Part shown: positions 16,712 through 26,828 of the stretch, in pieces | How positions within the stretch are numbered: the first letter of the stretch is position 1 | Layout: every line of letters starts with the position of its first letter | Source of the DNA: a virus | Taxonomy: Duplodnaviria; Caudoviricetes | Length of the DNA: 56,317 nucleotides | Virus record (IMG/VR): IMGVR_UViG_3300050138_000012 | Location: 1-56,317 of that record | Reading direction: 5' to 3' (one strand) | Notes under the pieces: model-generated | What the model was told of the DNA's origin: nothing | The model's database searches: none | The model's input: the letters and a program-made list of their open reading frames with translations, nothing else | Translations under genes and position numbers: made by a program

Positions 16712-19700
16712 TGGCTTTTATTGAAGACTTACCGCAAGCTAAAACACCCTTAAACTCAGGGGATATCTTACCCATTTATCAGAATGGGGTATTAAAGCAG
16801 GTAGCGCAGGCCCAAGTAGGCACAGCTAACACGCCTATTACCCCTGCTGATTTGCCTATTGCGACGACCAGTGAGCTAGGTGGCGTTATTGCTGATGGTT
16901 CTACTATTACGGTAGATGGCTCTGGCGTAATCACTGCACACGCTACGGTCACTGGTGCGACTATTACTGGCTCTCCCTCGACTGGTGAGCTGACTAAGTT
17001 TGCAAGCGGGTCTACCATTACGAATGGCGATTTATCAGGCGATGTCACAACCAGTGGTAGTTTAGTAACTTCTGTAGTTAAGATTGACGGTACTTCAGTA
17101 TCAGGCACTACAGGTACTGTTAATGTGGTGTTCAGCAGTTCCCCTACCCTCATAACTCCTAACCTTGGCACTCCATCAGCTATCGTATTGACCAATGCTA
17201 CGGGTACGGCTTCAGGTCTGACTGCTGGCAATGTAACAACCATTCCTACTTTAACTGGCGATATTCAGAACACTGGCAATGCCACGACCGTCACAGAGAT
17301 TAAAGGCACATCGGTTGGTGGTACTACTGGCTCTGGTAATGTAGTATTTAGTACATCCCCAACTCTAATAACCCCTGCTTTAGGCACTCCTGCCTCAGGT
17401 GTAATGACACATGTCACAGGCACAGCTACAGGTCTTACGGCTGGTGCTTTGTCTGCACAATCAGATAATTCTATTGCTGGTTTCGATAGCTCTGGTAATT
17501 ATACTAACATCACTGTTGGTAGTGGTTTAAGTCTATTCGGCAATAACTTAACAGCCGCCGCTTCAGCACCTACTTTTGATCAAATAGAAACAGGAACTAA
17601 CACTGCTGCGACTTTGACTATAGGATCTGGTGCAACTTTAGGCCCTTCAGGAACAGGCACTATTACAGCAACGACCTTAGCTACTCCTAGGGCTATTGGT
17701 GGTGTAAACTTTGATGGCTCAGCTGCAATTACCCCAACTAATATCCAGCCCGCGAGTGAGTCTAGTGATACGACCTGCTTCCCTGCGTTCTTTAACACCG
17801 CTTCAGGTACAGCACAACAGCCTAAATACAACGCTTCATTCGGCTACAATGCTTCAACTAATGCCTTAACAGCTACGACATTTGTTGGTGCTCTGACTGG
17901 CAATGCGTCAACTGTAACGACTAACGCTAACTTAACAGGTGTAGTTACTTCATCTGGTAACACCACCTCTTTTGGTACGTTCACTTCTGCCACTCTAGCC
18001 AGCGCTTTAAGCGATGAGACAGGGTCTGGAGCAGCAGTCTTTGCAAGCTCACCTACTTTGGTTACACCTAATCTAGGCACACCTTCAGCTATCGTATTAA
18101 CCAATGCTACGGGCACCGCGGCCAGTTTAACTGCGGGTACAGCCACAGCCTTAGCTAATAACACCGCGAATACTCTTGCTGGTTTTGGTGCAACTGGCGT
18201 ATACTCTGATGTTACAGTAAGTACTGGACTTAGCTTATCTGCTGGTGTTTTAACAGCAACTGCGGGTGCTCCAGCGTTTAGCGCAATTACTAGTGCGACT
18301 AACACTACTGCAGCCATGGTAGTTGGTAGTGGAGCCTCCTTAGCTGCTACTGGTTCAGGCACTATTACAGCAACTGCTATCGCTGTGGGTGGCATTACTG
18401 GTCTTGGTACAGGTGTAGGCACATGGTTAGCTACACCTTCTAGTGCTAACCTTGCCAGTGCAATGACTACTAAAACTGGCTCAGGCAATGTTGTCTTTGC
18501 CTCATCCCCATCTCTAGTAACCCCTGCTTTAGGTACAGCGACAGCTACTGGATTAATTGTTACCTCAACTGCATCTACTTCTTTAGTATCTGGTGCTAAT
18601 GGTTCAACTAACCCGAGCTTCCAAGTAGACAATTCTATTGCCAGCCCTGTTAATGGTCTGAGTATTCAAGGTAATGCTACTGGCTCTGCACCCACTATTC
18701 TCAATATTGGCAGTGATACTACAGGTGCTGGTTTAGGCATAAACATCACAGCTAAAACAGCCACAGCAACTGGTGCTGGTGGTGGTATTGGTATTACTGC
18801 AGGTGCTGGTTTAGGTGGTACATCTGCAGGTGTCGGTGGTGCAGTTACAATTACTGGTGGTGCTAATAATACAGGTAATACGACAACTGGCAGTGGTGTA
18901 AGTATCCAAGGTGGTACTGCCACATCTGGTAATGGCGGTAATGTCACCATTCAAGGTGGTTCTGCCTCTTCAGGGTTTGCTTCCGGCACAGTAACTATTA
19001 ATGGTGCTAATGGCTTAGGTGCTGCAGGTGGTACTGTTACTATCGCAGCAGGTGGTTCTAATACAACTCAGTCTGGTGTGAATGCAACTCTTACTGGCGG
19101 CTCTGGTGGTACATCTGGCAGCCAACCGGGTGGTGCAGGCATCGTAGGCGGTGGTGCAGGTAATTCTGGTGGTACAGGCGGTGCAGCTCAATTAACTGCA
19201 GGTGCTGGTGGTGCTACTGGTGCTGGTGGTGTTGCTACTGTATCTGGTGGTGCTGGTGGTGCTACTTCAGGTGCTGGTGGTGCAGCGACTATCCAAGGTG
19301 GTGCGCCCGCTACTTCAGGTGCTGGTGGTGCAGTTAATATAACAGGTGCTGCTGGTGTCGGAACTAACCAAAATGGTGGTAATGTTAACATCACTGCTGG
19401 TGCAGCTACTGGTGGTGGTACTGCTGGTATTGTCTCAGTTACAGGCGCTGTCCACTTAGGCACTGTTCTTGGTGTTACATACGGTGGTACTGGTGCATCT
19501 TTAGCCGCTACTGGTGGTACTTCTCAAGTTCTTCAACAAACCTCTTCTGGTGGGGTGGTAACTGTTGGGCAACTGGCTGCCTCTAATCTCAGCGATGGTA
19601 CAACAGGATCTGGCAATATAGTCCTCGCCTCATCCCCATCTCTAGTAACCCCTGCTTTAGGCACTCCTGCTTCTGGGGTTCTAACCAATTGTACTGGCAC

Positions 19701-21033
19701 AGCTTCAGGTTTGACAGCTGGTAATGCCACAGCAGCTGCAGGTTTGACCTCGGCTACAACAACGGTTGTCGTTTCTTCAGCGACTGCTCCCAGTGCAGGT
19801 CAAGTTCTTACTGCATCCTCCTCGACTGCAGCATCTTGGGCAGCTGCTACTGGTGGTGGTGGGTATCGTGCGCTATCTTATACTGATACTGTGATTGCAT
19901 CTGATAATAGCAAAACATTATCTATTGGAGCAGCATGTGCATTAGCCTTAACTGCGGCGGCTACGGTAGGTAAATTTTCGTGCTTTATCCGCAACGCAGC
20001 TGTTACAAATCTTCTTATCACTGCTACACCCCATAGTGGCGATACAGTAGATGGCTCGATTAGCGCGTTTATCATCTTGCCTGGAGAGACAAGAGAGTTT
20101 AATTGTGATGGGACATCGGCATGGTTTACACAGATCATAACCCCATTCTATTTATCGACTACAGCGACAACAACCCTTAGTTTCAGCGGTACTAATGGAT
20201 ACGCAGGTGTCTCTGGCAAGCTATGGGGCGGCGGTGCTTCTGGCGGTGCTGGCGCAACTGATGGTGGTGGCGGTGGTGGCGGTGCTGGCTATAACAGCTT
20301 CACCTTCATGAATAACAACAGGTGCAGTTTAAATAACTCCTCTCTCATACTTACCGTCGGAGCCGGAGGTGCTTCACAAACTTCTGCTAATACAGCAGGT
20401 AGCGCTGGCGGCGCGTCTAGTGTGCAAGAAGGCGAGAACAGCACCTTCTTAGCTTTCGCATATGGTGGTGGTGCCGGTGGTGGTTCATCATTAGGAGCTG
20501 GCGGAGGTGGCGGCGGCGCGGGTTCTAACTATAGCAATGCGGGTAATGCAAATGGCACACCATTTACAAGTGGTGTTGGTGCTAACGGAGCCTTAACAGT
20601 AGCCGGTGCTGGTGGTCCATCTCTCACATCTTCGATAACTCCTGGTACGAGTGGTCCTGGCGTAGCTGGTGGCGGAAACGGTCAGTTCGATGCTGGTGGA
20701 GGTGGGGGTAATTCATCAACTCACCTTGGTGGTTCAGCCCCGTACTATGGGACGGCTTGCGGCGGGGGCGGTGGTGGTGGTGCAGCTGTGGCTACGACAG
20801 GCGGTGCAGGTGGTAATGCCTACTGGGGCGGTGCAGGGGGTGGTGGAGCTTCTAATGTGACAGCTGGTAGTGGTGGTCAATCCACATATGGTGGTGGTGG
20901 TGGTGTGGGTGCTGCTTCAGGTACAGCTGGTAGTGGTTCTATTCCAGGCGGTGGCGGTGGCGGTGTAGTCGGCACAGGTGGGTCTGGCGCTGGTGCTGGT
21001 GGTATGATTATTATATGGGGTATCGCTCAATGA
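16711..21033 (+). CDS. Long Gly/Thr-rich tail fibre
   Basis: 1440 aa; five SP(T/S)L(I/V)TPxLGT repeats, Gly-rich middle and C-terminal GGGG domain. Confidence 0.8.
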   Translation: MAFIEDLPQAKTPLNSGDILPIYQNGVLKQVAQAQVGTANTPITPADLPIATTSELGGVIADGSTITVDGSGVITAHATVTGATITGSPSTGELTKFASGSTITNGDLSGDVTTSGSLVTSVVKIDGTSVSGTTGTVNVVFSSSPTLITPNLGTPSAIVLTNATGTASGLTAGNVTTIPTLTGDIQNTGNATTVTEIKGTSVGGTTGSGNVVFSTSPTLITPALGTPASGVMTHVTGTATGLTAGALSAQSDNSIAGFDSSGNYTNITVGSGLSLFGNNLTAAASAPTFDQIETGTNTAATLTIGSGATLGPSGTGTITATTLATPRAIGGVNFDGSAAITPTNIQPASESSDTTCFPAFFNTASGTAQQPKYNASFGYNASTNALTATTFVGALTGNASTVTTNANLTGVVTSSGNTTSFGTFTSATLASALSDETGSGAAVFASSPTLVTPNLGTPSAIVLTNATGTAASLTAGTATALANNTANTLAGFGATGVYSDVTVSTGLSLSAGVLTATAGAPAFSAITSATNTTAAMVVGSGASLAATGSGTITATAIAVGGITGLGTGVGTWLATPSSANLASAMTTKTGSGNVVFASSPSLVTPALGTATATGLIVTSTASTSLVSGANGSTNPSFQVDNSIASPVNGLSIQGNATGSAPTILNIGSDTTGAGLGINITAKTATATGAGGGIGITAGAGLGGTSAGVGGAVTITGGANNTGNTTTGSGVSIQGGTATSGNGGNVTIQGGSASSGFASGTVTINGANGLGAAGGTVTIAAGGSNTTQSGVNATLTGGSGGTSGSQPGGAGIVGGGAGNSGGTGGAAQLTAGAGGATGAGGVATVSGGAGGATSGAGGAATIQGGAPATSGAGGAVNITGAAGVGTNQNGGNVNITAGAATGGGTAGIVSVTGAVHLGTVLGVTYGGTGASLAATGGTSQVLQQTSSGGVVTVGQLAASNLSDGTTGSGNIVLASSPSLVTPALGTPASGVLTNCTGTASGLTAGNATAAAGLTSATTTVVVSSATAPSAGQVLTASSSTAASWAAATGGGGYRALSYTDTVIASDNSKTLSIGAACALALTAAATVGKFSCFIRNAAVTNLLITATPHSGDTVDGSISAFIILPGETREFNCDGTSAWFTQIITPFYLSTTATTTLSFSGTNGYAGVSGKLWGGGASGGAGATDGGGGGGGAGYNSFTFMNNNRCSLNNSSLILTVGAGGASQTSANTAGSAGGASSVQEGENSTFLAFAYGGGAGGGSSLGAGGGGGGAGSNYSNAGNANGTPFTSGVGANGALTVAGAGGPSLTSSITPGTSGPGVAGGGNGQFDAGGGGGNSSTHLGGSAPYYGTACGGGGGGGAAVATTGGAGGNAYWGGAGGGGASNVTAGSGGQSTYGGGGGVGAASGTAGSGSIPGGGGGGVVGTGGSGAGAGGMIIIWGIAQ

Positions 21034-21206
21034 TTTATTGTCTCGTTGATGTAAGTGGAAATGTAGCTAACATTATTGTCTATGATGGCATCTCTCCTTA
21101 TACCCCACCTTCTGGATACACATTGCAACTAGATCCTGCACAGCAAGCAGGAATAGGTTGGGCTTATGTAAATGGTGTATTTACAAATCCTAATGTAGGA
21201 TCGTAA
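21030..21206 (+). CDS. Small tail-fibre-associated (assembly) protein
   Basis: ATGA overlap with fibre stop; V.NIIVYDG...AGIGWAY.NG.F motif. Confidence 0.65.
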   Translation: MIYCLVDVSGNVANIIVYDGISPYTPPSGYTLQLDPAQQAGIGWAYVNGVFTNPNVGS

Positions 21207-21208
21207 CA

Positions 21209-21892
21209 ATGGCTAATGGCGTAATCGTAGACTACCCCTCTCTATTAGCTGCTGTACAGGCTACAGCGGAGGACACTGGTACTGAGTTTGCCGCGTACCT
21301 TCCTATTGCGTGTGACTTGGCTGAAGAATTCCTATTCAGGGATTTGGAATTACCTGATTTAGAAACGAAGACGCCTCCATCTACTCTATCTTCAGGCAGT
21401 AATGTGGTCCCTAAGCCTGCGGGCTATAAGTTTGCCAACTACTTTAAGATTATTGTCAATGGGGTAAATATCTTTTTAAAGAAGCGCAGAGATGACTATA
21501 TACAAGATTACTGGCCTGATCCTACAGTAACAGATGTGCCCAAGTATTACTCCGATTCTTCAGCAACAACCTTTACCATTGCCCCAACACCAATTCAAAA
21601 CTGGTCGTATGAGATTAAGTATAGTTCTAAACCTGCTAAGCTTTCGCCTACAAATACAACCAACTACTACACAGCTAATTGTGAAGACTTGCTGTATTTG
21701 GCGATGATGGTAGAAATGGCTAAGTTTATGAAAGCATGGCCGCAAGTACAGGTTTGGGTGCAGGCCTATGCTCAAGCTCAAGCAGCTTGGAATACTGAAG
21801 CTATGCGCCGTCGTCGTGATGATGGCCAGACACCTACCAATGCTACGAATGGTCCTAACGATATCAAGCACACTATTAAATCTAATTCATAA
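21209..21892 (+). CDS. Putative tail adaptor/tubular protein
   Basis: PKYY, IAPTP, DLLYLAM motifs; position in tail module. Confidence 0.6.
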   Translation: MANGVIVDYPSLLAAVQATAEDTGTEFAAYLPIACDLAEEFLFRDLELPDLETKTPPSTLSSGSNVVPKPAGYKFANYFKIIVNGVNIFLKKRRDDYIQDYWPDPTVTDVPKYYSDSSATTFTIAPTPIQNWSYEIKYSSKPAKLSPTNTTNYYTANCEDLLYLAMMVEMAKFMKAWPQVQVWVQAYAQAQAAWNTEAMRRRRDDGQTPTNATNGPNDIKHTIKSNS

Positions 21893-21903
21893 GGATAAAA
21901 TCG

Positions 21904-22956
21904 ATGGTTGCAGTTTACGACCCTAATTTACGAATTACTGAACAAGGTACTGGGGACAATCCCAATACATGGGGCGCAGTACTGAATCAACAAGTATTTG
22001 CCTTGTTGAGCAATGCCATTGCTGGTGTTACTCAAATCGATTTCTCGGCAGGCGCGAATATCGACATCTCAACAGCTGCGCTTGTTCCTCCTAATGATTT
22101 TCCTGGTGTGGCAAATGGAGCGACAGACACCGCTAGGAACATGGTCTTAGAACTAACTGATGTGACTTTACCGATAACATCAGGTCTTACCTTAACGCTT
22201 CCTGCTCTGGAAAAAGTCTATATCATCAGAGCAGCTCAAACTGGTGGTTTTCCGATTAATGTAATGTGTAAAGGCGGCTCAACTTCTATCGCCTTCAATC
22301 TTGGAATGATGGCTTTAGTTTACACTAATGGCACTAATATCTTTGCTTTAGATGCCAATGGCCTTCTCGAATCTGCTAATAATCTGAGTGATCTTGCAAA
22401 TGCAGCGACAGCCAGAACTAATCTTGGCCTAGGCTCTGCCGCTGTTCTTACAGCTGGTACTGCGGCTAACAATGCTGTTCAGCTAAATTCTAGTGGTAAA
22501 TTACCGGCTGTTGACGGGTCATTGCTAACTAATGTTACTGGAACACCTACTGGTGTCGGTACTGCGGCTTTCTTGAATGTTGGTACTGCTGCTGGTAATG
22601 TAGTCCAATTAAATGGCTCTGGACAGCTGCCCGCTGTTGACGGGTCATTGCTAACTAATCTTCCTAATCAGGCAGCTTCAACATCTAGTGGCTTTGTAAA
22701 TAAAGTTGTGATTGGCAGTGTAACCATACAGACAGGTTTCAGTCCATTATCTGCTGGTGCCAATCCATCTATTGTATTTCCAACTCAATTTAGTGCTGCA
22801 CCAGTAGTGACTTTTGGTCCAGGTGCATTCGCGCAAGGGGTATGGCTGAATGGGGCTCCGACGGTAACTGGATTCTCTACGCATACCGCACCAACCGATG
22901 AACAAGGCAGCCCTTCAGCCACGCCTTTCTATTGGACAGCAATAGGGACGACATAA
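21904..22956 (+). CDS. Tail fibre/spike protein
   Basis: GDNPNTWG..LN N-terminus, NNLSDL..AATARTNLGLG, duplicated VQLN..G.LPAVDGSLLTN, gp53-like C-terminus (IQTG...FPTQF). Confidence 0.7.
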   Translation: MVAVYDPNLRITEQGTGDNPNTWGAVLNQQVFALLSNAIAGVTQIDFSAGANIDISTAALVPPNDFPGVANGATDTARNMVLELTDVTLPITSGLTLTLPALEKVYIIRAAQTGGFPINVMCKGGSTSIAFNLGMMALVYTNGTNIFALDANGLLESANNLSDLANAATARTNLGLGSAAVLTAGTAANNAVQLNSSGKLPAVDGSLLTNVTGTPTGVGTAAFLNVGTAAGNVVQLNGSGQLPAVDGSLLTNLPNQAASTSSGFVNKVVIGSVTIQTGFSPLSAGANPSIVFPTQFSAAPVVTFGPGAFAQGVWLNGAPTVTGFSTHTAPTDEQGSPSATPFYWTAIGTT

Positions 22957-22961
22957 TCTAA

Positions 22962-24941
22962 ATGGTTAATTATCTCTCATATAAAGACGTTGGGCAGGGT
23001 ACTTCCACAGTACTCAAGACGATGGCTGTTGCTCCAGGGATACGTAAAGACTTAACTCTTTATCAAGCTGAGGGTGGATGGATTGACTCTAACCTTATCA
23101 GGTTCAGAGACGGGAGAGCACAAACTATCGGTGGCTGGGCTTCAGAAACTGTAGAACAGGCTTTAAATCCTTCGAATGCCTTATTCACTGGGGTTTCTAG
23201 AAGTATATTGGCATGGGTAGCTTTAGATAGCTCTCAATGGTTGGCTGTTGGCGGCAATGCTAAACTAGAGATAATGAATAATGGTCTTATCTATGATATA
23301 ACGCCTTCTCGACAGCAAGTCACAATTACTGGAATGGGTACTGTGCAGGGTTCTACTATTGTCACGTTAATAGAAGATAACCATGACTTGGTAATAGGCG
23401 ATTATATCTTTGTAGTTTCGCAGAACCTGGAATTCGAAGGCATACTGTTATCAGGTAGTTACGAAGTATTAACAGTGCCTGATAACAATACGTTCACTAT
23501 TGATTCCAGACAAACTGCTATATCCACATCCCTGAATATGTTCAGTTCAGACTTTGGTACTTCTTACGACCATGGTACAAACATAGGCAGCTCATTCAAT
23601 GCCGACTTTAACAATGACTTTGGTGGGGAGAACGTTATCCTAGTCATAAACTTCCTCGTGCCAACTGGTGCAGTATCAAACGGCAACCTAACAGGCTATG
23701 GCGGTGGTCCGTATGGTGAGCCGAATGGCTATAACGAACCCACAGCCGGAACTGGCGGTGTAAATCTTCGCAAGTGGTCTATGGATAACTGGGGTGAAGA
23801 TCTTATCGCCTGTCCTGCCGGAAACACTCTGTACTACTGGACTAAGGCTAATGGCGCTAACGTGGCAGCACAGCCTATCTTAAATGCACCAGCACAAGTT
23901 GGTTTCGTCTTAGTTGCTGAACCAGCACGGTTCTTATGCGCTTTTGGCTGCAATACCCTCGCTACTGGTATCTACGATCCACTGAATATCCGATGGGCTG
24001 CTGAAGAAACAACTACTGACTGGGAAATCAATCAGTTCAACACTGCAGGTGAATATCGTATACCGACAGGGAATAAGATTGTCGCTGTATGTCAGACCTC
24101 TCAGGAAATCTTTGTATTGACGGATACAGCTGTATACTCGATGGTATTCCTTGGAGCTAATGACCCCACTAATGCTATCTTTCAGTTCACCTTAATTGGC
24201 ACGAATGTATCGTGTGCATCTCCTACTGGTGTTGCGACTTTGAATGGTGCTGTATACTGGATGGGATTGGACAACTTCTATACATACAATGGTGCTGTCG
24301 TTAACATTGTGCCCAATACTCTTTCCAGATTCCTCTTTCAACAGGGTGGTGAAGGCCAGTACAATTTCGCTCAGAAGGAGAAGATCTACTGTGGCTTAAA
24401 TAAAGAGTTCAATGAGATCTGGTGGTTCTACCCTCGATTTGATGAAGATGAATGTGGACACTATGTTAAGGTTAATTTCCTAGATCAAGTGTGGGATGTA
24501 GGGGCAATTGACCGAACTGTATGGTTAGATAAAGGTGTATTCCAATATCCCTATAGTATCGCTGCTACCGCGAATCCAGGCCAACTCTACTCTCAAGAGA
24601 ATGGACTTACTGCAGATGGCGCTTCATTACCGGCGTACATCACCTCTGCTTATTTCGATATTGATGACGGTGAGAATTTGACCTTCTGCGATAGAATGGT
24701 TCCTGACATTGATCTTCAGCCGAATCAACCTGTTCAAGTCACCATCTATTCTAAGAAGTTTCCTTACCCTGTTACTGAAAATACAGTTAAAGGACCATTT
24801 AACTTTGATAATACTGATAACTTTATATCCATGCGAGTTAGGGGTAGGCAGATAGCTGTGCAGTTCGCTGCCGTGTCAACAGGATCTTCCTTTGCCTTAG
24901 GTAAAATCCGATTAGCTTACGCTATAGATGGAGAACGGTAA
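22962..24941 (+). CDS. Putative tail nozzle / DNA stabilisation protein
   Basis: WID...RFR, WSMDNWGEDL, FNEIWWFYP, RVRGRQ..V, DGER C-terminus. Confidence 0.7.
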   Translation: MVNYLSYKDVGQGTSTVLKTMAVAPGIRKDLTLYQAEGGWIDSNLIRFRDGRAQTIGGWASETVEQALNPSNALFTGVSRSILAWVALDSSQWLAVGGNAKLEIMNNGLIYDITPSRQQVTITGMGTVQGSTIVTLIEDNHDLVIGDYIFVVSQNLEFEGILLSGSYEVLTVPDNNTFTIDSRQTAISTSLNMFSSDFGTSYDHGTNIGSSFNADFNNDFGGENVILVINFLVPTGAVSNGNLTGYGGGPYGEPNGYNEPTAGTGGVNLRKWSMDNWGEDLIACPAGNTLYYWTKANGANVAAQPILNAPAQVGFVLVAEPARFLCAFGCNTLATGIYDPLNIRWAAEETTTDWEINQFNTAGEYRIPTGNKIVAVCQTSQEIFVLTDTAVYSMVFLGANDPTNAIFQFTLIGTNVSCASPTGVATLNGAVYWMGLDNFYTYNGAVVNIVPNTLSRFLFQQGGEGQYNFAQKEKIYCGLNKEFNEIWWFYPRFDEDECGHYVKVNFLDQVWDVGAIDRTVWLDKGVFQYPYSIAATANPGQLYSQENGLTADGASLPAYITSAYFDIDDGENLTFCDRMVPDIDLQPNQPVQVTIYSKKFPYPVTENTVKGPFNFDNTDNFISMRVRGRQIAVQFAAVSTGSSFALGKIRLAYAIDGER

Positions 24942-25255
24942 TGACTGTAATACGCATACCAGATCCACCAGTGAATATACAGGATAAGGCCGTTCAATCC
25001 TACCTTGTTTCATTAGCAAAAGCTATCCGTTTAAATGTTCAATCTTTGAACCAAGGAGCCGTCTTCACACAATCTAGTGAGGGCACTAGTTCCGTTTATA
25101 ATAATAAGAGCCCTTGGATTAACGGCACAGGTACACCAGAAGGGGTTGTTGCAGCTCCGGTAGGAAGCCTTTACACAGACAACAATGGCTCTCCAGGACT
25201 CACTTTATATGTTAAAGAGACCGGTACAGGAAATACAGGCTGGACTTCTAAATAA
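24941..25255 (+). CDS. Small tail-associated protein
   Basis: GTGTPEGVVAAPVGSLY...LYVKETGTGNTGW motif common in phage fibre/tail proteins. Confidence 0.65.
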   Translation: MTVIRIPDPPVNIQDKAVQSYLVSLAKAIRLNVQSLNQGAVFTQSSEGTSSVYNNKSPWINGTGTPEGVVAAPVGSLYTDNNGSPGLTLYVKETGTGNTGWTSK

Positions 25256-25284
25256 TTGACTTAACCTTTTAGATATGGTATAAT
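25256..25284 (+). promoter_or_regulatory. sigma70-type promoter for ejection-protein operon
   Basis: TTGACT-17-TATAAT, ATG 5 nt downstream. Confidence 0.8.
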
Positions 25285-25289
25285 AAGAC

Positions 25290-25790
25290 ATGGCTAATCT
25301 TCCAAGTAAATCATCGATTATCGAACGCAATGCGGGCATGATGACAAAATCAGCTCAAGCAGCCCAAATGGGGGTGCCTCCTACAGGACAGCCTGCGATG
25401 GCTCCTTTAGCCGGACAGCCTTTGCCTCAGAATGGAGCAGCCTTAGCCGCTGGTCCTGATAACATGAATGCCCAGATAACTGACCATACAGGAGCCCCAC
25501 AAGGCCCAGCTACCATTAAATCAGGGGAGATAGTCTTCTCTGTAGAGAGTGTTATTGGGGCAGGTAATGGTGACTACGATAAAGGAGCTAAGCTGCTGTT
25601 AGGCTTGCATGATAAGCTTCAAGACCATGGTGAAGCCCTAGTACAGAAGCAGAGCATTGCTGGTTCCGATAAGGCTCCTCAAGCACCTACAGGACCCCCT
25701 CAAGGCCTGGCTGCTCCCCAAGCCCCTGTAATGGCTCCTAATAGCCCTTCCCTAGCCCAGTCTGGTCTGATGCCTGGCCAACCAACCTAA
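25290..25790 (+). CDS. Pro/Gln-rich protein with PA..(K)SGE.V...GNG...GAK.L domain
   Basis: Central PATIKSGEIVFSVESVIGAGNGDYDKGAKLL resembles the PAxLSxGExV motif of phage internal/tape-measure proteins. Confidence 0.65.
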   Translation: MANLPSKSSIIERNAGMMTKSAQAAQMGVPPTGQPAMAPLAGQPLPQNGAALAAGPDNMNAQITDHTGAPQGPATIKSGEIVFSVESVIGAGNGDYDKGAKLLLGLHDKLQDHGEALVQKQSIAGSDKAPQAPTGPPQGLAAPQAPVMAPNSPSLAQSGLMPGQPT

Positions 25791-25822
25791 GTCTTTGTGT
25801 TAAGACAAGAAATGTGATATAA

Positions 25823-26281
25823 TTGTATATTAAAGAGATACTACTTACCGAGAAACTTGATGAATGTTGGGATCTAGTAGAGGCGCATAGACAAGAGTTA
25901 GCGACCTACCAAGACCACATGATACTAAAGCCTGACAGAGCTAGATATAAGCACTTAGAAGAGACAGGTTGCTTACGTACTTTAGCTCTTTATGACGAAG
26001 AAGATAAGATGGTCGGGTACAGTGCCGTTGTATTCTCCCAAAGTCTACACTACTCTGATCTTCCTATCGCCCAGAATGATGTTATATATGTCAGGAAGGA
26101 TCTTAGGAAAGGTCGATGGGGTCTAAAGCTGATCGAGGCCACTGAGCAAATGTGTAAAGATCTGTTTAATGGTAGGCCTTTTATGATGCTTTGGCACGCT
26201 AAAGAAGACACAGCTTTTGCTTCTATTATGCCTAAGCTGGACTATAGTGTGCAAGATATACTGTTTAGTAAGATACTATGA
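25823..26281 (+). CDS. GNAT-family acyltransferase
   Basis: DVIYVRKDLRKGRWGLKLIEATE resembles acyl-CoA binding motif A; MVGY strand; TTG start. Confidence 0.75.
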   Translation: MYIKEILLTEKLDECWDLVEAHRQELATYQDHMILKPDRARYKHLEETGCLRTLALYDEEDKMVGYSAVVFSQSLHYSDLPIAQNDVIYVRKDLRKGRWGLKLIEATEQMCKDLFNGRPFMMLWHAKEDTAFASIMPKLDYSVQDILFSKIL

Positions 26282-26826
26282 AGAATTTTGCTTTCTTAGG
26301 CAATATAGATGCCCAGCCCTTACTTAAAGAGCTTGAAGAGCATCCAGAGCTTTGGGATCAAAATAACCTTCGTACCTGCAATCTAATGCATGTCGCTGAT
26401 GGTATATCAGATATATGGGGTAGGTTCCCTGACTACAAGAAGCATATTACAAATATTATGGGTATGCTTGATGATTTAGAATGCATTGACTACCCTGCTA
26501 TGCAGGTGCTAAAGACCTTACAGCCTATCCTTGATGAAGTAATGCTCAGGACTAAAGGTAAAGAATTAAATCGAGTGCTTATTACAAGCATGGCTCCAGA
26601 GGGTAGAATATATCCTCACACTGATGCCGGAGAGTTTGCCAGGGTTTTCGAACGGTTTCATGTGGTTCTACAGAGTGATGAAGGCAACATATTTAGAACA
26701 GAAGGTGAATTTGTTCATATGAAGCCAAACGAGTTCTGGTGGTTCAATAACTTGAATGAACATGAGCTCTACAATGGATCTAAAAGAGCACGGATACATC
26801 TTGTGCTAGATATTAAAGGGGAATAG
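26278..26826 (+). CDS. Aspartyl/asparaginyl beta-hydroxylase-like 2OG-Fe(II) oxygenase
   Basis: IYPHTD (HxD), RFHVVL, WWFNN..EHE..N...RIHLVLD. Confidence 0.85.
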   Translation: MKNFAFLGNIDAQPLLKELEEHPELWDQNNLRTCNLMHVADGISDIWGRFPDYKKHITNIMGMLDDLECIDYPAMQVLKTLQPILDEVMLRTKGKELNRVLITSMAPEGRIYPHTDAGEFARVFERFHVVLQSDEGNIFRTEGEFVHMKPNEFWWFNNLNEHELYNGSKRARIHLVLDIKGE

Positions 26827-26828
26827 AC

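Noticed and set aside
16711-22956. Diversity-generating retroelement acting on fibre genes
   Set aside because: No reverse transcriptase seen; duplicates are short, in-frame and lack adenine-specific mismatches
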